Shown: positions 8,640 through 16,190 of the stretch, piece after piece | Layout: every line of letters begins with the position of its first letter | Numbering within the stretch: position 1 is the first letter of the stretch | DNA from: Ostreococcus lucimarinus | Lineage: Eukaryota | Assembly: GCA_000092065.1 (NCBI GenBank) | Contig: CP000593.1 | Direction: 5' to 3' (one strand) | Length of the DNA stretch: 64,000 bases | Notes under the pieces: generated by a model | The model's input: only the letters and a program-made list of their open reading frames with translations | What the model was told of the DNA's origin: nothing | Databases searched by the model: none | Position numbers and translations under genes: made by a program

Positions 8640-11129
8640 CTACTTTCTGCGGTACTTGCTGGCGCTCTTGAACTTGCCGCGGGCGGTCTTGAAGGGCTTG
8701 GCGGGGGCGCCCGGGCTCGCGCCGCGAAATCCTCCGCGGAAATCGGCGCCGCGGCCGGAGGATTGGACGCGCGCGTCGTCGTCGTCGTGGACGTCGGCGC
8801 GCGCGGCGCGCTTGGCCTTGGCCTTGGGATCGCGCGCGTTTTTGACCATGCGGACGACTTTGGTGGCGACGCCGCCGGTCAAGCGGGCCTCGCGTTCGAT
8901 GGCTTTGACGGATTTGACGCCCTTGGTCACGCGAAAGCCGCCTCGAGGGGTGTCGTCGTCGCCGCGCTCCTTTTTGTATAGCGCCTGTTGCGCGAGTTTG
9001 CGTCGCGCGCGCTTGCTGTCGGGTAAACGATCGGGACCGGCCGCTTCCTGTCGGCGCTTGGCGCCCTTGCGGTGAGACTTTCGATCCATCAAGTCCATTT
9101 CGGCTGTTTCCATCGCCTTGAGCGCGTCTTTTTGCGCGTTGCGTTTGTCGCGTTCGCTCTGGAACCATGTCTTCGCCGGTCGCGATTTGATCTCAGCCGC
9201 GTGCTCGAGAATGTTCGAAGCCTTATTTGCCTCCATTTCGGCCTTTTGAAGCTGACGTTCGGTGCGCTCTTCGTAGTTGATTTGCACAATTTGCTCCTCC
9301 ATATCCTCGATTTTCTTGTGCCACTCGGCGACGATGTTCCCGGGCACGATTCGCGCTTTGAGGTTCGCCCCTCGTTTTGCTATGGTTTTGACTAGTTTAC
9401 GATCGGATTCTTCCATGAAGGTCAACGCCGTGCCTTTCTTCCCCGCGCGCGCTGTGCGCCCGACTCGGTGTAAATAGCTCGCCAAAGTCTTCGGCGCGTC
9501 GAACGAAATCACCGCGTCGACGGATGGAATATCCAAGCCTCTGGCGGCGACGTCTGTGGCGATCAAATGCGTGACTGTGCCCGTCCTAAATTCATCGAGC
9601 GCTGCTAAGCGCTGCGTCTGCGTCATGTCCCCGTGTAACTCACCCGCTTTGATGTCGCTTAAACCCATGATGATCTTCAAACGATGCGCCTCTTGCTTGG
9701 TTTGGGAAAATATAATGGTCGACTTGTCGTAAGAACGACTCACAATGGCCATCAAGAACGCCTCTTTCTGAGCACTTTGGTTAGGTTTGAGCTTTAACAC
9801 TTCCTCCACCAACCGCTTGGGCGTCGTGCCGAGCGTGTCCGCGGAAAGCCTCGCCGGATTCTTCATCGAAAGACTCGCCAGCGCCTCGACGCCGGCGGTG
9901 AGCGTGGCGCTGAATAATAACGTTTGGCGCTTCTTCGGGCATTGTCGAACAATTTCTTTGATCTCTTCCAAGAATCCCATCTCCAGCAAACGATCGGCTT
10001 CGTCTAAAATCAACGTCGCGAGATCTTCTAGCCCAAACGAGTGCGTGTTTCGCACGTGGTCGATGACGCGACCGGGCGTCGCCACGACAATTTCGGGTCG
10101 AGTGCGCAGCGCAGCTGCTTGCACGTTCGCCGACAATCCACCGACGACGAGCACGGCTCGAATTGTTGTAAACTGCGCGAGACTTTCCGTCATTTGATGC
10201 ACCTGAACCGCAAGTTCGCGCGTCGGCACCAAGACCAACACGTGCGTCGCCGCCGCCGGCCTCGGTCCTCGATGTAACATCCGCTCCAACTGCGGCAGCA
10301 TAAACGCCGCCGTCTTCCCGCTCCCCGTTACCGCTCGCCCGCAGACGTCGCGACCAGTCATCGCGATCGGAATCACCGCCGCCTGAATCGGTGTCGGTTT
10401 CTTATACCCGAGCGCCTCGCACGCTCGCGTCAGCGGCCGCGACAGGTGCAACTCGTCGAACGCCTTCGCGTCGAACGTCGTGTCCCCTTTCGCCCCCTTG
10501 ACGACCGCGCGCTCTTGAAACCCATCCTCCGACTCGGAATCACTCTCCGACGACGTCGCCGTCGCCGTGGGCGTCTTTGCTTTCTCGTCCTTCGCCGCGT
10601 CTTCCTCGCGCGCCTCGCGCTCTTCCTCGCCTTCGCTCGTCCCATCCTCCTCTTCCTCCTCGCGCTCGCGCTCGCGCTCGCGCTCGCTCTCGCTCTCGTC
10701 GTCGTCATCATCACCGCTCTCGCTCTCCTCACCACTCTCGCTGTCTCCACTGACGCTCGCGTCGTCATCCGTCTCGCCGTCGTCCTCGCCCGGCAGCGGC
10801 GCGTCCTCCGAGTCGCTCCCGTACTCGTCCTCCGACCCACCCGCGCTCGCGCTCCCTCGCCTCCCGCGCCCTCTCGCCCGCGCGATCTTCTCGTCCACGC
10901 TCGTCATCTTGTTCGCTCGCAGCTCGCGCGCGCGCGCCTCGCGCGCGTCGCCAAAGTTCCACGCCTCGGTCGCCGCGCGTCCGCCGCCGCCGCCGCCGCG
11001 TCCCTTCGTCGCTCGTCCCGCGCGCGTCCCGCGCCCGTCGTCGTCGTCCGACGCGTCGAACGTGAACGAGGGGTTAAACTCGACGTCGCTCCCGTCCGCG
11101 TCCGCGTCGGCGGTCGACGCGCGCGGCAT
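8640..11129 (-). CDS. DEAD-box ATP-dependent RNA helicase, DDX27/Drs1-like, acidic N-terminus and basic C-terminal tail
   Basis: Q-motif plus VTGSGKTAAFMLP (motif I), DEADRLLEMGF (motif II), SAT, HRVGRTARAGKKG (motif VI). ATG verified at 11129; alternative ATG at 11192. Confidence 0.85.
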   Translation of the reverse strand: MPRASTADADADGSDVEFNPSFTFDASDDDDGRGTRAGRATKGRGGGGGGRAATEAWNFGDAREARARELRANKMTSVDEKIARARGRGRRGSASAGGSEDEYGSDSEDAPLPGEDDGETDDDASVSGDSESGEESESGDDDDDESESEREREREREEEEEDGTSEGEEEREAREEDAAKDEKAKTPTATATSSESDSESEDGFQERAVVKGAKGDTTFDAKAFDELHLSRPLTRACEALGYKKPTPIQAAVIPIAMTGRDVCGRAVTGSGKTAAFMLPQLERMLHRGPRPAAATHVLVLVPTRELAVQVHQMTESLAQFTTIRAVLVVGGLSANVQAAALRTRPEIVVATPGRVIDHVRNTHSFGLEDLATLILDEADRLLEMGFLEEIKEIVRQCPKKRQTLLFSATLTAGVEALASLSMKNPARLSADTLGTTPKRLVEEVLKLKPNQSAQKEAFLMAIVSRSYDKSTIIFSQTKQEAHRLKIIMGLSDIKAGELHGDMTQTQRLAALDEFRTGTVTHLIATDVAARGLDIPSVDAVISFDAPKTLASYLHRVGRTARAGKKGTALTFMEESDRKLVKTIAKRGANLKARIVPGNIVAEWHKKIEDMEEQIVQINYEERTERQLQKAEMEANKASNILEHAAEIKSRPAKTWFQSERDKRNAQKDALKAMETAEMDLMDRKSHRKGAKRRQEAAGPDRLPDSKRARRKLAQQALYKKERGDDDTPRGGFRVTKGVKSVKAIEREARLTGGVATKVVRMVKNARDPKAKAKRAARADVHDDDDARVQSSGRGADFRGGFRGASPGAPAKPFKTARGKFKSASKYRRK

Positions 11130-11209
11130 TTCGAGTTTTCGTCGCGTCGCCAAGTGTCGCGAGGGGGCGGCGCTCGCGGCGCGTCGCGACACTTCGCGAC
11201 GCGGCCGCG

Positions 11210-12331
11210 ATGGCGCGCGACGCGCCGAAGAGCGCGATCCCGGCGATGTGCGCGCACGTCGCGTTCGGCGTGTGTTACTTTCTCACGGCGCAGCGCGTGT
11301 TGGACGCGCGATTGGTGTCGCCGGAGGCGCAGCCGTTGACGGGCATGATTTACGCGAGCGACGCCGCGAGCGCGAGCGCGGGCGTCCTGATGGCGCGATT
11401 ACGCGCGAGAAGAGACGGGCGAGTGACGGCGACGGCGAGGCGCGCGGGAAAGTTCCCGCGCGCGGCGCTGTTGCTGCCGGTGTTTGATTTGTTTGGGCTG
11501 ACGTGCGCGTTCGAGGCGATGCGAGCGCTCGGGGGACCGCTGTACCAAACCATCTCTGGGTTGCTCATTCCGCTCTCGGCGTTGCTGTCGAAGGTGGTGC
11601 TGAAACGCACGTTCACTAAGGGGCAGATTGGGGCGATCGCGGTGGTGATTTGTGGGCTGGCGGTGAAGGCGAAGGACGTGGCGGACGAGGCGGCGAGGCG
11701 CGGGACGGCGATCGACGCGAGGGGGATCTTGATCGCGAACGCGGCGACGGTGAGTTATGGGTTTCGGGGATTGGTCATGGAATACCTGAGCGCGTCGAAA
11801 TCGAGTCTGAGCGGGAACGCGCAGACGATGCTGATGGGAACGTGCGGGTTGGCGGCGTTTGCGATTTACACGCTCGCGAGGACGGCGCGCGATATGGACG
11901 GGATGGTATGGGCGTATTACAACGCCTCGCCGCGAGATGTGTCATCGATTTTAAAGGTGCACCTAGGAAACATGCTCAGTCGGGCGTTCATGGTGAAGAT
12001 GATGATGGCTGTCGTCGCCAGAGCGGGCGCCACGCAGTTGGCGCTCTCGAACGCGATTCGCAGCGTCGGCGTCATCGCGTTTTCGCACGTCTTATTTTGC
12101 TCGGACGACGCGAGACAGTGTTTGAGTTACAATGGCGCCATCAGCGCCGTCATGGTTGTCACCGGCGGTCTCGCGTACGCGATGAGTGGGAAGCCGAAAA
12201 CCGCCGCCGCCGCCGCGCCCAAAACGGCTCGCGCGAGAAAAACCACAGTCGCCGTCGCGCGCGCCGACGCAAAACCGACAGCGTCACCCTCTTCGACCGT
12301 CCGTCGCCGCTCCGCGCGTCGAGGATCGTGA
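11210..12331 (+). CDS. Multi-pass membrane protein, DMT-superfamily / SLC35-like transporter (tentative)
   Basis: About ten hydrophobic helices (e.g. GLLIPLSALLSKVVLKRTFTKGQIGAIAVVICGLAV, CGLAAFAIYTLA). Ala/Gly-rich hydrophobic composition typical of nucleotide-sugar/DMT transporters. ATG verified at 11210. Confidence 0.5.
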   Translation: MARDAPKSAIPAMCAHVAFGVCYFLTAQRVLDARLVSPEAQPLTGMIYASDAASASAGVLMARLRARRDGRVTATARRAGKFPRAALLLPVFDLFGLTCAFEAMRALGGPLYQTISGLLIPLSALLSKVVLKRTFTKGQIGAIAVVICGLAVKAKDVADEAARRGTAIDARGILIANAATVSYGFRGLVMEYLSASKSSLSGNAQTMLMGTCGLAAFAIYTLARTARDMDGMVWAYYNASPRDVSSILKVHLGNMLSRAFMVKMMMAVVARAGATQLALSNAIRSVGVIAFSHVLFCSDDARQCLSYNGAISAVMVVTGGLAYAMSGKPKTAAAAAPKTARARKTTVAVARADAKPTASPSSTVRRRSARRGS

Positions 12332-12508
12332 AATCTCGCTCGAAACATTCAATGCCACTAATCACGCACATTTCCTAACAATGTTCGTCGCGTCGCCCGA
12401 TCTCGCCGATGTCGTCGTTCTCGGTCTCGAACGAGCCTGGCACCAGCCTCACACCGCGCCGCACGTTCACGCCCGACTCGAAACGACCGCCGAGCGAAAC
12501 GAAACGAC

Positions 12509-13290
12509 ATGCCTCCCAATCGCGATTTCGCCACTCGCACCGCCCGTCGCGCGCCGCGCGCGTCCCGAACCACGCATCTTCTGGCGTTCGCGTTTGCGCT
12601 CGCCTCGTCGCGGCGCGGCGCCGCGCGCGCGGAAGACGGACTCGGTTGGCGCGAAGGCGGGACGGCCACGTGGTACGGCGGACCGAATGGTCCAGGCCCC
12701 GACGGCATGTCGATTTATACCGGGAGCTGTAAATACGGCTCGAACATTCCGAGTCACTACGTGGCCGCGTTGAATACCGACGGTACGTTGAACACCGACG
12801 CTGCTGCGTGGAATTTCAACTCTGAAAACATAAACTGCGCAGGTGGATACGATCACGGGCTCACGGACGAGTGCGGCGCGTGTTATGAAGTGATGTGCGT
12901 CGCGGGTCGGCAGCGAGGACTGGCCGACAGCGCGCTCGGCCCGTGGGCGGGCTGCGCGAACGGCGACGGCGAGAAATCGATCACAGTGCTAATCACAGAC
13001 AGTTGCCCGTGTGGCCATCCAAATCCGAGGTGAGGAAATTCGTCGGTGTCGCAATTTCTCGATCGATAAAAATTCGATCAATCTTTTGCGGCGCGCGCTC
13101 GAGACTGACGAACACGTGTTCACGCGTCAGTAATCAACGATGGTGCTGCGGTGGCGAACAAAACGCGCGCCACTTTGATTTGAGCTACGCGGCGTTCGAT
13201 TCCATCGCGATCAGGCACCGCGGCATCGTCGACGTCAAATATCGTAAAGTGAGTTGCGATGGGCTAGGACAAGAAAAGTATTATGCGTGA
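12509..13290 (+). CDS. Expansin / EG45-like (DPBB) secreted protein; 2 exons 12509..13029 and 13131..13290
   Basis: Signal-peptide-like N-terminus. GTATWYGG...GSCKYG, CGACYEVMC, then after splicing ...CPCGHPNPSNQRWCCGGEQNARHFDLSYAAFDSIA...VKYRKVSC. Intron GTGAGG...CGAGACTGACGAAC...CAG restores the frame and the HFDLS expansin block. Confidence 0.65.
13030..13130 (+). other. Spliceosomal intron (101 nt) in expansin-like gene
   Basis: Donor AG|GTGAGG at 13030, branch-like GAGACTGACGAAC, acceptor CAG| at 13128-13130. The splice joins phase-2 codon ag+t (Ser) and keeps the frame into the HFDLS domain. Confidence 0.6.
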
Positions 13291-13588
13291 CGTCGAGGAA
13301 TGCCCCGCGCGCCCTTTTGTATACTACGCCGCGCGCAAACGACGCGAGCAGCGTCCCGCTCAACGATACGCGTGAAATGATTTAGAGTGAAACGGCGCTG
13401 GGTTGCTTGCTCGCTCGCTTGTTTGATTTGTGTTGTTTCTTCTGTTTGTGATGATGATTTTGATTTTCGATGTAGATGCGCGTTGATTATTGGGCTTGGA
13501 ACGTTTCGCAGTCTCGCCGATTCGACGGTTGGGCTCGCGCGCCGCGTGATGGGCGTCAGAGTCCCGCGCGTGCGCGTCGGCGTGCGTC

Positions 13589-15151
13589 ATGTCGCGACTC
13601 GCGCGACGTCTCGCGACGTTCGCACGCGATGCACACGCGTCGTGCGCGCGCGTAGATCTTCCGCACGCGCTCGCGCTTCGCGCATCCTCATCCGCCGCCG
13701 GGCCGAGTCCGCGGCGATTCGCCGTCGTCGGCAGCGGTCCCGCGGGCATGTACGCCGTCTTGGCGCTCACGAAGACGTTCGATGGCGCAAAAGTAGACGT
13801 GTTCGAACGCTACCCCGCGCCATTCGGTTTGGTGCGCTACGGTGTCGCGCCCGACCACGCGGAGACGAAGCTCGTGACGAACAAGTTTCATGAAACGCTC
13901 ACGACGCGAGACGACGTCGCGTTTTACGGCAACGTCCAACTCGGGCGAGACGTGAGTTTAGGAGAACTTTATGATAGCTACCACGGCGTCGTGCTCGCGT
14001 GCGGGACGAGCGGAGACAGACGTTTGGAGGTACCGGGAGAGGGCGAACACCGAGGCGTGCTCGGAGCGAGAGAGTTCGTCGCGTGGTTCAACGGCGATCC
14101 CGAACACGGGCCGCAGAGCGCGACGCACGCGGCGGTAGTGGAGGCTTTGCGTAGTCGTGATGGTGATGCACACGTGGCGGTGATCGGGGTCGGGAACGTC
14201 GCCATCGATTGCGCGCGGGTGTTGTTACGAGACGCGGATGCGCTCGCGGGGACGGATATTTGCGAGCACGCGCTGGAGGTGCTGCGCGCCCATCCCGTGC
14301 GCGCCGTGTCCGTGATCGGGCGACGCGGGGTAGCGCAAGCTTCATTTTCACCGAAGGAGTTGCGCGAGCTGTTGAATTTGCGGAACGTAAGAGTGGTGAT
14401 TTCGGACGAGAACCTCACGCTGGAGCCCGAAGACGAAGCCGAGTTGGCGGAGAACAGACCGCGGCGGCGAGCGCACGAGGCGTTCGTCAAGAGAAAGACC
14501 GCAGGGGAGTGTGCGAGCGAGGATGGATGCACAAAAATACTCAATGTGCGATTTCTCGCAAGTCCACTAGCGTTCGGGGGTGAAAATGGTGTGTTGAGTT
14601 GGATGAAGCTCGGTAGGAACGAACTCGTCGGCGCCGCCGGCGCGCGAAAATCCATCGCATCTGGCGAAACGGAGATGGTTCCCACCGCCTTAGCGCTGCG
14701 TTCAGTGGGATATCGTGCAGAACCGATTCAAATGACCGTCAAAGACGAATCCTTGACTCAATTGCGACTGCCATTCGACGAAAAGAATCGCGTTGTGCCA
14801 AACGCGTACGGCGCCGTCGCCGTCTCGGCGGATTCCGCCGATACCATTCCTCGTCTCTACGTCACCGGCTGGCTCAAACGCGGACCAACAGGAATCATCG
14901 GCACCAATCTCACGTGTGCCGACGAAACTATCGCAAAAATGGCTGCCGATTTCGCCGTCGCCCCACCTCCCGATCCTGTCGAGGACGGCGTCGACCGCCT
15001 CCTCGAGAAGCGCGGCGTCCGCGTCGTGCGCGCCGCCGACTGGATTCAAATCGATCGCCTCGAGCGCGAGCGCGGCGCTGCGCGCGGAAAACCACGAGAA
15101 AAGTTTGTCTCCACAGCCGACGCTCTCAAGGCGATCGACCGTAGCTTGTAA
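13589..15151 (+). CDS. NADPH:adrenodoxin (ferredoxin) oxidoreductase, mitochondrial-type (Arh1/FDXR-like)
   Basis: FAVVGSGPAGMY FAD-binding Rossmann motif after a transit-peptide-like N-terminus, length about 520 aa. ATG verified at 13589. Confidence 0.8.
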   Translation: MSRLARRLATFARDAHASCARVDLPHALALRASSSAAGPSPRRFAVVGSGPAGMYAVLALTKTFDGAKVDVFERYPAPFGLVRYGVAPDHAETKLVTNKFHETLTTRDDVAFYGNVQLGRDVSLGELYDSYHGVVLACGTSGDRRLEVPGEGEHRGVLGAREFVAWFNGDPEHGPQSATHAAVVEALRSRDGDAHVAVIGVGNVAIDCARVLLRDADALAGTDICEHALEVLRAHPVRAVSVIGRRGVAQASFSPKELRELLNLRNVRVVISDENLTLEPEDEAELAENRPRRRAHEAFVKRKTAGECASEDGCTKILNVRFLASPLAFGGENGVLSWMKLGRNELVGAAGARKSIASGETEMVPTALALRSVGYRAEPIQMTVKDESLTQLRLPFDEKNRVVPNAYGAVAVSADSADTIPRLYVTGWLKRGPTGIIGTNLTCADETIAKMAADFAVAPPPDPVEDGVDRLLEKRGVRVVRAADWIQIDRLERERGAARGKPREKFVSTADALKAIDRSL

Positions 15152-15235
15152 CGCATTGATTGTTTAGTCTCGCGAGTCGTCGCGTCCCCGCGGCTGGTGA
15201 CGCCACAATCGCGCGACCTTCACGCCTCGGTGCGC

Positions 15236-16147
15236 ATGCGTCTCGCGTCGAGCGCTTCGTTCGCTTCGCGTCCGAGCGTTCGCGCGCGCTCGACGCGCAA
15301 CGCGAACGTTCGACGCGCAACGCGCCACAGCGCGCGCGCGAACGCCGCCGGCCGCTGGGCGCCGCCGTCGCGGTCGACGACGCAAACGTCGACGGCGTCG
15401 TCGCGTGCGGCGCCGAAACCGCCGCTCGTCGCCGTCGCCGGGCGCGACGTCACGTCGTTCGCATTTGCCGCCGCCGGCGCGGCGCTGCTGACGACGGTGG
15501 GCGCGGTGGCGCCGCTCGTGCGGTCGCTGCGGGAGCTGAGCGCGAGCGTCGACGCGGCGGCGACGGCGGCGGAAAGCGCGGCGAATGAAGTGGAGGCGTT
15601 AGCGAAAAACACTGCGAAGGAGCTACCGGAGACGCTGCAAGCGATGGAAGAGAGCGCGCGAGAGGTGGAGGCGTTGGCGGCGGAAACGCGGGAGGCGTTG
15701 TCGAAATTGGATGCGACGGAGTACGTCGAGTCGCTCGTAAACGATTTCACGGCAAAGATGAAAGATCCGACGAAGGATTTTCGGGATTTGGGAGACGATG
15801 CGACTGAGTACGTCAGGCGTTTGTCGCTTGAGCTCGGGCTAGTCATGCAGAGCGTGGGCATTTATTTAGACGATGGTGCGTTTGACGAAGACGCGAAGAA
15901 TTTGAGCGCGGCGGAAAAGGCGCGGCGGAAGAACGCCCTCACAGAGGCAATCTCAGCGGCGAAGGAAACGACGGAGAGCGCGGCAAAACTGTCGACGCAA
16001 CTGCAAGGCGCGGCCAACGGTGAATCTAAAGGACGAGATCTAGCAGAAATCGTGGGAAAGATTGCGCTCGCGAGCAAGCAGGTATCGACGGCGATGACAA
16101 GAGTCGTCGAGAGCACGTCGGAGAGTTTCCGTTCGACGGATGAATGA
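15236..16147 (+). CDS. Hypothetical Ala/Glu/Lys-rich coiled-coil protein with organellar-presequence-like N-terminus
   Basis: ORF-track start 15197 is GTG; the first ATG is at 15236 (MRLASSASFASRP...). K/E-rich helical C-terminal half looks like coding rather than a GC artefact. Confidence 0.4.
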   Translation: MRLASSASFASRPSVRARSTRNANVRRATRHSARANAAGRWAPPSRSTTQTSTASSRAAPKPPLVAVAGRDVTSFAFAAAGAALLTTVGAVAPLVRSLRELSASVDAAATAAESAANEVEALAKNTAKELPETLQAMEESAREVEALAAETREALSKLDATEYVESLVNDFTAKMKDPTKDFRDLGDDATEYVRRLSLELGLVMQSVGIYLDDGAFDEDAKNLSAAEKARRKNALTEAISAAKETTESAAKLSTQLQGAANGESKGRDLAEIVGKIALASKQVSTAMTRVVESTSESFRSTDE

Positions 16148-16190
16148 CGGATTCAGATTTTATGATTTTTTAACGCGCAAATATTATGTA

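Noticed and set aside
10446-11487. Plus-strand ORFs 10446..11339 and 10567..11487 (Ser/Leu/Arg-rich)
   Set aside because: They are antisense to the acidic N-terminal region of the DEAD-box helicase. Their composition mirrors that region's complement.
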